A stretch of 64,000 nt of DNA from the human T2T-CHM13v2.0 reference genome, Homo sapiens: the NCBI RefSeq assembly GCF_009914755.1, contig NC_060941.1; one strand, written 5' to 3'. The notes below the pieces were generated by a model. It searched no databases. It saw only the letters and a program-made list of their open reading frames with translations, and was not told where the DNA came from. This document shows, piece by piece, positions 1 to 42,305 of this stretch; positions within the stretch are counted from its first letter, which is position 1; each line of letters opens with the position of its first letter. The position numbers were made by a program, and so were the translations under genes.

Positions 1-208
1 CTGCACTCTTATCTGAAGACTCAATTGGGAGAAAATATGCATTCAAGGTCACTCATTGGTTGTTGGCAGGCTGTAGTTCCTTACTGAATATTGGTTGAAG
101 ACTTCATTGGCTTACTACCTGGACTTCTCCATAGACTGCTTGAATGTCCTCCCCACATAGCTAGAGTGAATGACTAAAAAAGAGAGAGAACACACACAGC
201 CCAGGTAA

Positions 209-536
<328 letters not shown>

Positions 537-735
537 AAAAAGATTCTTGCACACACATGTTTATAGTAGCACTATTCACAATTGTAAAAATGTGGAACCA
601 GTCCAAATGCCCATCAATCAATGAGTGGCTAAAGAAACTGTGGTATAGATATACAGTGGAATACTACTCAGTCATAAAAAGGAATGAATTAATGGCATTT
701 GCAGCAACCTGGACGGGATTGGAGACTATTATTCT

Positions 736-3021
<2,286 letters not shown>

Positions 3022-3234
3022 TAAGCTAGGAGGATGCAAAGGCATAAGAATGACACAGTGGACTTTGGGGAATCAGGGGGAAAGGATGGGAAGGGGGTGA
3101 GGGATAAAAGACTATTAATTGGGTGCAGTCTATATTGCTTGGGTGATGGGTGCACACAAATTTCACAAATCACCACTAAAGAACTTACTTACGTAACCAA
3201 ACACCAGCTGTTCCCCAATATCCTATGGAAATAA

Positions 3235-8122
<4,888 letters not shown>

Positions 8123-8329
8123 CTAACATACACATTCCAGGATACATTCTCTGTCATCTGGAATCTCCTCCCTTCCACAAACCCACGCTGTCTTAAGCAC
8201 TATTTTCCTATTTGTTGTTGACCTAATCTAGAAAAAAGCGGCCATCACTCTTTCTCCCCCACTCAGTCCCTCAGTCCCGAAACACCCTTATTCTCCGCAC
8301 TTGTCACCCCACCCTCTGCTGCCCCCACC

Positions 8330-14776
<6,447 letters not shown>

Positions 14777-16199
14777 TGATAAAACTATAAAATGTCTTTA
14801 TGTATTTGTATGGTGATAGAAACTGTAAAACACTTTATACCATTAAATACACATGAAATTAATATCTTCCTGGTCTCAGGATTTCCATAAAATTTACCCT
14901 TTTTAATTTGGCAATGCTAACAGCTACAGAAGACATATTACCACCAACCAACCGTTGCTTCATTAGAAACTGCACCAAATCCAATGTCAAAAACATTACT
15001 TTATTTTTCTAGTATGAAATGTCCTATTACATACAAAAGAATTGCTGTTTAGAATTTGCCACAATTTGTTGAAAACATAGCAATCTATTGCCTACAGGTA
15101 GGAAAGTTCTTGCTGCAACAAATTTTAAATGATTAAGCCCATATATATTTCTATATATATGAATAAATAGTGCAGAAATACTGTGACGTGATGAGATGCA
15201 GAATAATTTTATAATTCATTAAAATGTAGAATTCTTGCATCAGCACAGTGCATACAATATGTAACTTTTTTTAAAAAGTAAAAGGACAAAATAATCCATA
15301 TTTAAGTATTTCCATCTTAATATTTTAAGCAAAAATGTTTTCATGTTTTCATATTGAGTGATTAGTCTCTTTAGTTTGTAAACATAGGTTTAAGTGACAT
15401 CTTCATGTACAAAAAGGAATGGGCTTCATTAGATAAAATTAAGCCAGAATAACCTGTACACCTGAGCCTGTAATAAGAAAGAATTGGGAACTGTAGCAAC
15501 ATCTTTCTTTTAAGAAACCAAGGTCTGGGAAAGGTTTTGCATAGCAGGGAAACGTTGAAAGGAAGGAAACTTTTAAAAGCAATAATTAGATAAATTCCAG
15601 AAGTTGATAGGACAAAGCTAATATGAGTTAGAATAAAATCTAGTAGAATTTTTGCAAAGCTGCATAATCCAGCTATGGCAGATTTTATAGAAGCTATTAC
15701 CACAATGCAGTAATACAATGTGTAAGAACATTGAAAGGAAGAACATGCAAAATACATCTTCCTCATTTTCTTCCTACTGCTTACACTACTTTTCCTTACA
15801 TGGAAGAAACAAACAAACCAACAAGCAAAAAACAAACCCAATCAACAAATAACACAGAGGATGAGATCATCTAACAAAAAATGTCCTTCATACAATATAA
15901 GTAGCTGTCTGTAATTGGTAATTTGCCCAGTATCACAGAATGTACAGATGAAGGCAATGTGTATCTTGTCGCATTACCTTTTTCGTTAGTATGATCAACT
16001 GATGCGACAGGATTAGCACCCCTGAAGATTCTTCTCTGACGTGATGACAATTGACTGGGAATGATAAAACGAGGGGCCACTGCTGTCCAGGAGAATTCCA
16101 GGTACAATTAGATTCTTTTGCCTTTCATGACCTTGCAGCCCTCCCTCCCCACAGAGGCTTACAGATAATCATTAGCACACATTCAAAGACACCTCTGTC

Positions 16200-17428
<1,229 letters not shown>

Positions 17429-17904
17429 CTACAGAGTATAGAAAAAGGGAACAATTGAGCACCTTTCATTTTTGAAAATGATGCTTTATGCGGATGCCAA
17501 AGTAAATAAATCTGGAAGAAGCAGCCATGTTCTTTCATTCACCCTTGGCAAGCGAATAGAAAAGAACGATTAAGAAATTTTTAACCTATAATAATAAAAC
17601 TTTTCACTGTACACTAAGCATAATAGCTCACTGGAAAAAGCCAATATTTAAAATATGTATGTATATATATTTGTCTAATAAAGATTACAACATTTTCAGG
17701 CAACTGGACAAATAGAGACATTTACAGAAGCATTACCATTGTGGTGAAAGGTGCGTGTGTGTGTGTATGTGTGTGTTTATTTACACGGATGAGGGGAATA
17801 TAAAGGGAAAAATTATGCTAAAACAAAAGAAAAAGCAATTTTAAAATCATATTTTTCTATTAAAGTCCAGAAAGTCTCCCAGTTTCACACAGTTTTATTC
17901 ACAA

Positions 17905-25180
<7,276 letters not shown>

Positions 25181-25321
25181 CTATCAATTTACCCTCCAAA
25201 GTGACCATACCAATTTATACCCCCACCAGCCTTGCTAAAAGTATTCTAAGATATTAATTTTATGGTTAATAAAATATACACTGAGACTTCTGAAAAAACT
25301 TCAAATTCAACTCATGTGTAC

Positions 25322-25406
25322 CCACAGGTTCCTTAATAACACCATAATAATCTGGTGCATCATTAGGGTCTACTGGTTCAAGGAAAGGCTGGGCCATCTT
25401 ATGGGC
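25322..25406 (-). pseudogene. BPTF: BPTF duplicated exon: bromodomain N-terminal part ([28 protein letters not shown])
   Basis: 85-nt exon with intact ag| acceptor (25408-25407) and |gt donor (25321-25320). The WPF motif reads QPF. Confidence 0.92.
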
Positions 25407-25625
25407 CTATAATGAAAAAGTAGGCATTCTTATTGTCAGTGAAAACACTAATTCCATTTAAGATTCCCAGTTGAGTCACTACATCAATGAACCCAAAAGT
25501 CAGTTTTAAATGCGATACATGAAATACTTTATATTAGGTGATTTCTGCTCTAGTAATAAGTTACCTAAGATGAGCTTCCTCTGCAATAATGGTACTCAAA
25601 GCTTGGTCGGAAGACCTTGGTGTGG

Positions 25626-26593
25626 TGAAGGGGTGGGTTGCCCCTCCACACCTGTGGGTGTTTCTCGTTAAGTGGAACGAGAGACTTGGAAAAGAAAAAG
25701 ACACAGAGACAAAGTACAGACAAAGAAATAAGGGGGCCCAGGGTACCTGCGTTCAGCATATGGAGGATGCTGCCGGCCTCTGAGTTCCCTTCATATTTAT
25801 TGATCATTCTTGGGTGTTTCTCGGAGAGGGGGATGTGTCAGGGTCATAGGATAATAGTGGAGAGAAGGTCAGCAGATAAACACATGAACAAAGGTCTCTG
25901 CATCATAGACAAGGTAAAGAATTAAGTGCTGTGCTTTAGATACACATACACATAAACATCTCAATGCCTTACAAAGCAGTATGGCTGCCCGCGTGTCCCA
26001 CCTCCAGCCCTAAGGCGGTTTTTCCCTATCTCAGTAGATGGAACATACAATCGGGTTTTATACCGAGACATTCCATTGCCCAGGGACGGGCAGGAGACAG
26101 ATGCCTTCCTCTTGTCTCAACTGCAAAGAGGCATTCCTTCCTCTTATACTAATCCTCCTCAGCACAGACCCTTTAAGGGTGTCAGGCTGGGGGACGGTCA
26201 GGTCTTTCCCTTCCCACGAGGCCATATTTCAGACTATCACATGGGGAGAAACCTTGGACAATACCTGGCTTTCCTAGGCAGAGGTCCCTGCGGCCTTCCG
26301 CAGTGTTTGTGTCCCTGGGCACTTGACATTAGGGAGTGGTGATGACTCTTAAGGAGCATGCTGCCTTCAAGCATCTGTTTAACAAAGCACATCTTGCACA
26401 GCCCTTAATTCATTTAACCCTGAGTTGACACAGCACATGTCTCAGAGAGCACGGGGTTGGGGGTAAGGTTATAAATTAACAGCATCTCAAGGCAGAAGAA
26501 CTTTTCTTAGTACAGAACAAAATGGAGTCTCCTATGTCTACTTCTTTCTACACAGACACAGCAACAATCTGATCTCTCTTTCTTTTCCCCACA
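25626..26593 (-). mobile_element. HERV-K(HML-2) LTR5 solo LTR, 968 bp (LTR5_Hs length; subfamily not firmly assigned)
   Basis: Starts TGTGGGGAAAAGAAAGAGAGATCAGATTG and ends CAACCCACCCCTTCA on the minus strand. Perfect 6-bp TSD GTGTGG at 25620-25625 and 26594-26599. TATAAAA at 26062-26056 and AATAAA at 25801-25796. Confidence 0.97.
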
Positions 26594-27214
26594 GTGTGGG
26601 GGGTGGAACACAAGCTTAGAAGTCACAAAATCAGTATTCTGGGCCCTACATGATGAGCTGTCACTGAGTGATGCTGGCATTGCAACTGCTTCTGTAACAG
26701 GTGGGATGGGTTCAAAGTGTGGAATCATTACCACAGCTGATTAATGATGAGGTGGCAGAGATGTGATGTTAGATAACATTCAACCACACATTGAGACTAC
26801 GATTCCCTTTTTAGTTTCTTCAATTCTTGTGATTATGATAAAAATAGAAGAAAGTTTCAATCCAATGCACTATATCCTTTTATTTCCCCCCATTGTTTTG
26901 AGACAGGGTCTCGCTCTGTCATCCAGGCTGGAGTGGAGTGGCACGATCATAGCTCACTGTAGCCTCCTGTGCTCAAGTGATCCTCTCACCTCAGCCTCCC
27001 AAGTAGCTGGATAAACAAGTGTGTGCCAACATGCCCAGCTAATTTTTTATTTTTATTTTTTGTAGAGATGGGGTCTCACTTTGTTGCCCAGATTGGTCTC
27101 TAACTAATTGACTCAAGTGATCCTCCTGCCTTGGCCTCCCAAAGTGCTGGGATTATAGGTGTGAGCAACCACACTGGCCTTCTGTGTCTTCAATACACCT
27201 GTATCACTTGCTAA

Positions 27215-27568
<354 letters not shown>

Positions 27569-27910
27569 TAAGGAAAATAATAACTATAATCTAATCATAC
27601 TGTTTCTCAATCCATGGGAGTGAGAGGAAGTTTCTTTAAAAATAAAATGTATAAAGAAGTGAGTCACGTTAGATTATCTGAGTGTTAGATAAGCTGAGGT
27701 GGTGTGGGGATATGGTAAAGCTCATGACACTGGTATGTGAAGGACTGAAGTTTGTCAAGCCCTTCACTAGACTAGCTGAGACTCAGTAAATAATCACTCT
27801 AAGATTGGAAACTTGAAATCCTAACATTGGAAACTTGAAATCCTAGAAATGCTTCCAAAATTATGCCAGCTGATTTCATTTTCAAATGCTGCACACAGAG
27901 GGGCTCTCAT

Positions 27911-28103
27911 CTGTAAGGAACGGAGCACCCTCTTCAACTCCTCATCATCCTTCTCTGTTAGTGGTGTGAGCACTGTCATGACATCCTCTGTTGACTGGCA
28001 CTGTGGACAGACATACTCATCAATGAGCTCTGCCTCACTCTGCAAGATGCCAATGCAGCACCCATGGTACCAATTCTGACACCGATCATGGCCAATAAAA
28101 AAT
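27911..28103 (-). pseudogene. BPTF: BPTF duplicated exon: second half of the C-terminal PHD finger plus linker helix
   Basis: FFIGHDRCQNWYHGCCIGILQSEAELIDEYVCPQCQSTEDVMTVLTPLTEKDDEELKRVLRSLQ. Acceptor ttgcag| is intact; the donor reads CAG|atgaga (GT lost). Confidence 0.95.
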
Positions 28104-28808
28104 CTGCAAGATCCGAAATGGAAATGTGAGTTCAAAACAGATGGGATGATGTTACTTATAATAAAGCATGCACCTGAAAATTTGCTAAACCCTGGGATAT
28201 AAAATAGTTTTAGTATTGTGGTTTTAATACTTTCAAGATCGACATTCCAGTACATTAATTTAGTATTTTTGATGTTAAGAACAAGCAGTAAAAAAATTTA
28301 TAAGAACACTGTAATTTTGGAGAACCAATTTAAAGATAAATATGAAACATTCAATTGATTTTAAAGCTGAAAACAAGTCACAAATCTTTCAACTAGTACT
28401 GTACCATGTGGGAGTTCAAAATCCTATAAGGTAATAACAGAGTCTCAAAGCTTATACCCAAATTAGTGTTTTTCTAACCTATAATAAAGCACCATTTCAA
28501 ACACTGATAAAGTCCAAACAAGTCAAGCTAGTTTAATCTCATTAATTTCTATGTTACATATTGAAGAATCAAATCTACCATTAAACCACATTTTCCCCAA
28601 TGTGTCTCAAACATTCACTATGAAGCAAGATAAATTTTGAAGGGTAGGTAAAAAGGGAAAAAGAGAAAAAAAAATGAAAAGGAATTTGTAATGTAAGTGT
28701 ATAACAAATGTAGAAAAAATCTGCTTTTTATTTTAAAGTAAATAAGTAACCAGTCAGAGCAATTTGGCTTCCTAAATTATTAAATGTGATGCTCTTATTA
28801 GAACTCAC

Positions 28809-28977
28809 TGTGACTGCAGGTGTTCTGCAGATACAGTACAATTCCTCACTGCTGCCCTCTTGTGCCCATTTACAATCATTACAGATGTACACATCCATTT
28901 TCTTAGCCTCCTTTTCTGCGATGCCAACACATTCTCCATAATAGCAGTTAGTACAAAGATCACAGCCAATATAGAAC
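28809..28977 (-). pseudogene. BPTF: BPTF duplicated exon: PHD finger half plus start of the next PHD
   Basis: FYIGCDLCTNCYYGECVGIAEKEAKKMDVYICNDCKWAQEGSSEELYCICRTP. ag| and |gtgag are intact. The 169-nt length is not a multiple of 3 and the expected YDES motif is disrupted. Confidence 0.95.
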
Positions 28978-30193
28978 CTAGAAGTATTCACAACGAAAAT
29001 GACAATGTAATTGTCGTTTTGAGCTGCATGGTACTTAAATCTGTCTTCCCTGCCTTGCTTCATTTTTTTACAGGATAACTTCCTGCTATGAGTCAGCTAA
29101 ACATTCCTGAATCCAACCATTCTACCCCTGGCAAACTCCAGTATCTGATGCTCTATCACATGTGCAAACAAAGTCACTCACATGGGTTTCAACAAGTACA
29201 CTGCTTAGTGAAATATGGGTCTTTAAAAACATACTGGAATTTGAAAAAATAAACCACACACTGATGGTAATGTCTTCCTCTGAATGAATGTGTGCAAAAC
29301 TGTAACAGGCACAAAAACCAAAGCCAAAGAATCAAAGACTTACACCTGTCAAACCTATTCCACAGAAGCCATTTCAATATCAGGGCTATTTCTTAGATAG
29401 GTTTAAAAATGTATCTCACAATTTAAATTTGAAAACAAAGCAAAGCGCAAACACCAAGTAGAAGTTACACTACAAGGACCATGCAGGTCAGCCAGGTGTA
29501 GAAGATAAACGGTCAAAATATGCTAAGAAGAAGAAAACTAAGAAAGGTACATAGAGCAATTCAATCTCTACCAGGTTTTCTGAATAAACATTGGAATTTA
29601 ATCGAATTAAAAATAATTTCTCATAATGGAATATGGCATGGGCCACTTTTTCAGTTAATATAATGTTTGTGACAATGTGGGCAGTGGCCTGGCTAGTTAA
29701 CGGGTAGGGAACGTGGAAGGAGCTGCTTCAGTTCAACATCGGGGACATGGTATGGGGAAGGATGCAAAGATAGTTATCCAGAATCTGTCTACACTGCTTG
29801 GCAGGGTCTACACTGCTTGGCAAGGCGGAGCTGTGTAAGTGTGTGATTGTGGAGTGCACAGTGGCCTCTGTAATAAAAGACGTAATGACAAAAGAAAAAG
29901 TAAATGTAACAAACGCTTATACAGTGTGTCTACAAGTGTTGATAGGCACAGTGTAGGAACATCATGTCAAAGTCATAGTGAGAATTACCATGAATCACAG
30001 GGAAGCAGGCTGGCTTTGCCGATACCATTGGCACTCCTAGCTCTACCAAGGCATTTCTTGGTAGATTCACCTAGAGGAATGGAAGTCGTCCTCAAGCTTC
30101 AAATTGACCTGCTTCATGAATGTGAAGGAATAATACATGGCTATGTAGTTTATCCTGTTACCACTAACTTTTTTCTTTTGTCTCGCTGTATAA

Positions 30194-30536
<343 letters not shown>

Positions 30537-30593
30537 TGACTTCAGGCGATCCACCTGCCTTGGCCTCCCAAAGTCCTGAGATTACAGGTGTGA

Positions 30594-30929
<336 letters not shown>

Positions 30930-33900
30930 TAGCCTTGAACTCCTGACCTCAGGTGACCCATCTCAGCCTCCCAAAGTGCTGGGATTACAAGCGTGAGTCT
31001 CTGTGTCTGGCCAACATACTATTGTCTCAATATGCATTTTGCCATACTTTTTAAGTGCATCTCTTCTGCTATCCTGTAGTACAACTTACTCTTGGAAATG
31101 ATCAAAGCAAACTATATTACCCTAGGGACAAACCCATTGTGATTGGCATCCACGAACAAATTTGGTGTAAAGAAATCATATCTATGACCAAGAGGGTTTC
31201 TTTCTTATTTGGAGATAAGAGTCTCACTTTGTCACCCTGCCTGGACTGCAGTGACATAAACACGGCTTGCTATAGCCTTGACCTGCCAGGCTCAAGTGAT
31301 CCTCCTGCCTCAACCCCTTCAAATAGCTACAGGTGCTCACCACCATGCCCAGCTACTTTTTTTTTTGTAGAGATGGAGTCTTGCTGTGTTGCCCAGGTAA
31401 CTTACCTCCTGAGCTCAAGTGATCTGCCTGCCTTTGCCTCCCAAAGTGCTGGGATGACAGTTATGAGCCACTTGTACCCAGCCATAAGAATATTTCTTAA
31501 AATCTGACTTAAAATTTTTTTAAAAAATTCTTTTAGAGATAGGGTTTCACCATGTTGGCTAGGCTGGTCTCGAACTCCTGACCTCAGGTGGTCTGCCCAC
31601 CTTGGCCTCCCAAAGTGCTTGGATTACAAGTGTGAGCCACTGTGCCCAGCCAAAATCTGACACATTTATAAATTTCTACAATAATTTTAAATACCAAAAA
31701 TATTCCCAAAACGTTTCATCATGATTATTTTTCTTCCTAAATCTTATAGTCTCTCAGAAAAATAACTTAGCCCACGTTTCCTTTAAAGAGTTTTTAATTT
31801 TTTTAATGAAGGGCCGAATTAATTTTATTTTTCCTTCTTTGAAAAAATTCATCCAGCACACTGGCTCACACCTGTAATCCCAGCAGTTTGGGAGGCCGAG
31901 GGCGGAAGATCACTTGCGTCCAGGAGCTCAAGAGCAGCCTGGCCACATGGTGAAACCCCATCTCTACTAAAAATACAAAAATGAGCCAGGTGTGGTGGCG
32001 CATGCCTGTAGTGCCAACTACTTGGAAGGCTGAGGTTGGAGGCTCCTTTAAGCCTGAGAGGTGAAGACTTCAGTGAGCTGTGATGGCACCACTGTGCTGC
32101 AATGTAGATGACAAAGTGAGACCCTGTCTTAAAACAAAACAAAACAAAACTTTTTTTTGGAGACAGGGCCTCACTTGATCGCCCCGGCTAGAGTACAGTG
32201 GTGCTATCATGGCTCACTGCAGGGTCGACCTCCTGGGGTCAAGCAGTCCCCTGGCCTCAGCCTCGCCAAGTAGCTGAGACTACAGGTGTGCATCACAACA
32301 CCCAGCAAATTCCTTTTTGTAGAAACAGGGTTTTGCCATGTTGCCCAGGCTGGTCTCAAAATCCTGGCCTCAAGTGATCCACCCACCTCAGCCTTTTAGA
32401 ATGCTGGGATTACAGGCTGTGAGCCACAACTCTCTTGGCCTATAAATGATAATTTAAGTGAATCTCTGAAGCTACAGTTTTTTGTTTCGAGATGGAGTCT
32501 CGCTCTGTCGTGCAGTGGCATGATCTCGGCTCACTGCAACCTCCGCCTTCTGGGTTCAAGTGATTCTCCTCCCTCAGCCTCCCAGGCAGCTGGGATTACA
32601 GGTGCCTGCCACCATGCCTGGCTAATTTTTGCATTTTTAGTACAGACGGGGTTTCGCCCTGTTAGCCAGGCTGGTCTCGAACTCCTGACCTCAAGTGATC
32701 GTTTCACCTCAGCCTCCCAAAGTGCTGGGATTATAGGCATGAGCCATTGCGCCCAGCCTCTGAAGCTATAGTTTTATAGATTCTAAAGCAGAGACTTCAT
32801 ATAGATGTCTATGAAAAGCCAAAAACAAACAAAAAACCCACAGGAAAACCTGATTCCCCACGCCAAAATTTCAAGGATTTGCCTAAAGGTAAGGTCCATC
32901 TGTACCTGAAATAAGTTTGCTGTGCCTCTTTTTCTGCAGGGTAACCCAGCCCTATGCACCAATCATTACATGACTACCTCAGGAAGCTTTTAAATATATC
33001 ACAAATATTTTACCAAATAAACCTGAATGGCCCTGGTTTAATGAATCTGCTTCTCTGTCTATAGACTATCTAGTCTCATAAAGTCAAAAGAGAAGCAATG
33101 TGACAAATTATTCAACAGCCCTTCTCTATTTATAGAGAGAGACTGAACTTCTTCTTTGGTTAGAAAGAAAACCTTGAGTTTCATTTCCTAGTTCATATAT
33201 TTTTATAACATCGTGGGACGGATTTTGGGAGAACCAAGATGGTATAGCGGGTGCACACTTTGATCCTCCCTCTCCCTTCAAGAACATACAAGTGAGAGTA
33301 AAATATAAAAAAGAGAAATTGAAAAGACATAGTCATGCTTAAATAAGTTACAACAATCTCAATGGAACAGACACAAAACTGTGAGCAGGACTAAAACTGC
33401 AGGCCTTCTAGACTCCAGATGCAGAAGGAGGAAGTGGTGGCTGAACACTAACAGTAAGAGTTTCTCGGGGGTAAGGGAGGCTAACATGCTGTGTGTGAGG
33501 CAGTGATAGGCTCCCTGCTGGAAGTTAAGGGTTGACTGGGCTACACTGGGCTTCAGGAGAGAAGAAAACAACACTCCTCTCACTCAAAATAAGCTTGCAA
33601 AATTCAAATGTTTGAAAATGAAAATGTGTAATATGAAAAAAAGACAACCAGGGCCCATACGGTGGCTCATGCCTATAATCCCAGCACTTTGGGAAGTCGA
33701 GGAAGGAGGATCACTTGCTTGAGCCCGGGAGTTTGAGACCAGCCTGGGCAACATGGCAAAACCTTGTCTCTACAAAAAAACAATGACAACAACAATAACA
33801 ACAAAAAACACCCCAAAATTAGCCAGAGATGGTGGCATGGCACGCGCCTGTAGTCCCAGATACTTGGGAACCTGAGGCGGAAGGACTTACTGATCTGGGT

Positions 33901-34011
33901 AGGGGGAGGCTGCGATGGGGTGTGATTGCACCGCTGCACTCCAGCCTAGGAAAAAGAATAAGGCCCTGCTTCTCAAAAAGCAAAAAAAAAAAAAAAAAGC
34001 CAATAAAATCA

Positions 34012-34521
<510 letters not shown>

Positions 34522-34849
34522 TTAACCCTTGGCTCTGACCCCTTATTTGAAGTTTGGAGAGCAGAACCGAGGATTGTATTACTACAGTTGTGGACACAGG
34601 AGAGGGGTTAGTCTCCCCCCGCTCCAGGAGTAAGGGATGCTGGGCTGCTCGAACACAGGCCTTGTTAGAACTCCCTTCAAACAGGATCCCAGAGATGTGG
34701 GGAGAAGGTAACTGGCCTTAAGAATGATTGCGCTACAGCTTTCGAAAACTATAATGCCTTTCAAATATGGCTTATTGCTTGGATCTCAATATCTCCCACG
34801 TATCTTGGGTGGAATATTTTGCCGAAGATCTTTCTGTCAATCATTTACA

Positions 34850-35540
<691 letters not shown>

Positions 35541-35916
35541 ATATGAAAGCTCTTAAATAGAGATTGTTTCTAAATTAATCTCAAAACAGTCATTATTTAC
35601 TATTTATGGAATTTTTTTTAAAAAAAGGAGCAAAAGTATCATTTCAGTGGGAACTTAACTTGGGGCTACAGTGTTTTATTTAACTTTTACCCCAAAGTTG
35701 CAAAGTGTTTTGAAATTTTTCCCTGTAAAATAATTATTTTAATTCAATTTAAATAAAACCCACCAAGGAGACTTCAAGCTTTAAGAAGTCTAGCTTCCTG
35801 TGAAATGTGAGAGGAAGTCAGCACTCATTTCAGAAATCTGATTATAACGATAGCTCCATCCCTAAATGAGGTGAATCTTGGACTCTCTTCCATTTTATTT
35901 TATTTTATTTTTTTGA

Positions 35917-36021
<105 letters not shown>

Positions 36022-36859
36022 TGAGTAGCTGGGATTGCAGGTATGCACCACCACACCTGGCTAATTTTGTATTTTTAGTAGAGACGGAGTTTCACCATGT
36101 TGGTCAGGCTGGTCTCGAACTTCTGACCTCAGTGATCCCCCCACCTCGGCCTCCCAAAGTTCTGGGATTATGGGTGTGAGCCACCACACCCGGCCCCCCT
36201 TCAATTTTAAAGCCATCACTATGCACCCTATGTCTATGCCAAGCACTAAAATAAGATGAAGCACCTTCTTGGAGTTTACATGCTGGTAATTATGCCAGAC
36301 AGTAATAAAATAGGTAAGAACGGCTGTGGGGGAAGTCAGCTGGGTTCTAGTTACAGTCGCATTTCAGGAAATGATTTAACATGCTGACTTTAACAACCTA
36401 AGCCTCTTCTCCATGTGTGCACACAGGGTAGATCTCTGAACACAGGTGACCCTAGAAGTGCTGTAACTTCTAGGGGAATGGCTGTGTTGAGTCAAGGCAG
36501 GATGACAGTTCAGCCTCCTCCCAGGCTAGTGCAAAGGGCTCTTCACTCGGATTAAAACCTTCTCTCCCAGACCGAATTGCCAACTCCCAACACCCCTCCT
36601 ACAGAAAATGTGGAGTCCTCGCTTATTCCCTGGCAGCCCCTACCTAATAGGGTGGTGAATTAATTATCAAACATGCGACAGTTTAGCGAAAATGGCAACA
36701 CTTTGGAATAAGTGACTGTAATGTGCATCCTGGCGCCCATTTTGCAGGTCAGTTGCTCTCCCTGGAAGGAAGAGTGTTCTCGGATTTCACCTTAAAGGAG
36801 GAAGGCTGCCAGAACTGAACTAGCACTTCTGAATATCCTGAGGCGAGGTCCGGTGACTT

Positions 36860-39754
<2,895 letters not shown>

Positions 39755-40089
39755 TAAGAATCACTTTTCCTCAATTGTCCTCTGTGTCCTGCCTGACATG
39801 GCAGCCTTTTCCTGGAGGCCTTCCTGGGCCTTCTTTATCTCCCCAAGCCATATGGACAACTGACTTTCTGCTTTCACCTTTGCTTGTCAACTCTCCCTTC
39901 TCCTCATTCTCTTTTAATGTTAGGCCCCTTCTCCAGTCTTTTCCTTTTACTCTGGTCTTTTACTCGTTTTTGTATCCATTTTTATTTAGCCCCATCACAT
40001 CATTGCTTAACCGCTGCTCTCCTCCCATTTTCGCTTCACCCTCTTTACAGCAGCCTGTCCCTCTCCCGATCTCAATGATGATGCTCTAA

Positions 40090-40300
40090 GTGGTTAAGAG
40101 TTGATTCCGGAGCCAGGCTGCCTGGGTTTGAACCCAGATCTATTTATTAGCTTGGTGACCCAGAGCAAGTTATTCTGCCTGTGACTCAATTTCCTCACCT
40201 TTAAACTGGGGATCATGCTAGTTAGCATTTCATAGGATTGTTGTGAAATTTAGGTGAGTGAATATATGAAACACTTCATCAGTGCTTAGCATATGTAGGA
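40090..40300 (+). mobile_element. MIR remnant (others at about 52150-52350 and 62760-62930)
   Basis: gtggttaagag..ctgggtttgaaccc..ctcaatttcctcacctttaaactgggga..cataggattgttgtga core. Confidence 0.7.
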
Positions 40301-40592
40301 GAGTTGGCTGTTCACATGATTATTCAGTCCTTTAGTTTTGTCCAGAACTCATTTTTGTCCCTAGCTTTCTATATGTAGAACTAGTTTTATGTCAAACCCA
40401 GGGCCAAGTATGCTACTGTCTCCAGAACACGAAAATGATAGGAGGGAAGAGGCTGGGTGTGGTGGCTCACGCCTGTAATCCCAGCACTTTGGGAGGCCGA
40501 GGCGGGCGGATCATGAGGTCAGGAGATCAAGACCATCCTGGCTAACATGGTGAAACCCCATCTCTACTAAAAATACAGAAAAAAATTAGTCA

Positions 40593-40805
<213 letters not shown>

Positions 40806-41787
40806 TTAAGTACTAAAAGATAATGCAGACCATTGGTGCTAGAATTTGCCAGAATCTGTGATCCTTGAGGTGTGGAGATGCTACATGGGTAAGCTAAAAC
40901 TTTACTTGGGTCTTAAAGAGTAGCTATAATTTGTTAAATAGAAGAAAAATGGGAGTACAGTCTAGGCAAACGCATGGCTACAGGTATGGTTGGAATTTAG
41001 TAGACCAATGTGGCTACAAAGAATTAGGTGAGGGAGCAATGAAGATACGATTCTGTAAAACCTTGATTATCAGCTATAGGAGTTTGAAAGTTACACAGTG
41101 AGGTATGGAAAGCCATTGAAAGTTTCCAAGCAAGAGAGATTACATGATCAAAACAGGAAGATTATTTTATTTTGTTTTTTGCATTATGTGCAAGTGTAGA
41201 CATGCAGAGGATTGTTTTAGAATCCATATGTAAAGTGTCCAAAAGGAAAAGCTTAATTCAGGGAGACAAAATAGAAAGGTCTAGCAAAATCTAGGAGTGA
41301 AGTGTGAAGGGGCCAAATCAGATCAGTTGTAATAGGAGTGGAAAGAAAAAGCCTAGGATGTTTCAACAGAGGGCACTGGGCCAAAGCTTTGGTGTTACCT
41401 GGCATAGGGTTTCTTTCTTCTCATTTGTTGATAATGATAAGCTTTTGCCCATATTTCTGTGGAATTATTTACCATTTTGGTACTGATTTGTAGAAGTCTG
41501 TTTAGACACATAAGTGCTTTTAGATAAAATACTTACATTCAAAGTAATTAACTGGCATCATCTGTCCAAGAGATGGGATGGATAAGAAGTTAAGCTTCCA
41601 GGAGATGCCTCATCATTTGTGCCAGTGACCCCGCATAATTTCTTGATGAATTGTGCAAACTGGGAAGCTGATAGCTCTGGAAATGAGAAAGCAGGTGTTA
41701 TTTTCTGTTTCTGAATATCCCCAACAAGGTTGCAATGATTCTTTTACTTATCGTGTTCATTGTTTTCCTACCTATTCAAGGATATAA

Positions 41788-41877
<90 letters not shown>

Positions 41878-42044
41878 TGAGTATATTCTCTCCAAATATG
41901 ACAAAAAGCTAACTGCATTGTAAGATCCTTCTTGGTCCAGAATTTTGAGGTCGGTACCTCTGAGGAAAGATATTTCTCCTCCATGCCCCAAATCAACCAC
42001 TGTTGATTGCAATTGTATGGTCATTTTAAAATTAAATTTGGTAG

Positions 42045-42305
<261 letters not shown>

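Noticed and set aside
15371-15841. 156-aa hydrophobic minus-strand ORF
   Set aside because: AT-rich UTR or intergenic sequence with no domain signature and no splice support.
25565-26734. ORFs across the LTR as possible HERV-K genes
   Set aside because: It is a solo LTR with TSDs directly on both sides, and no gag/pol/env or primer-binding site.
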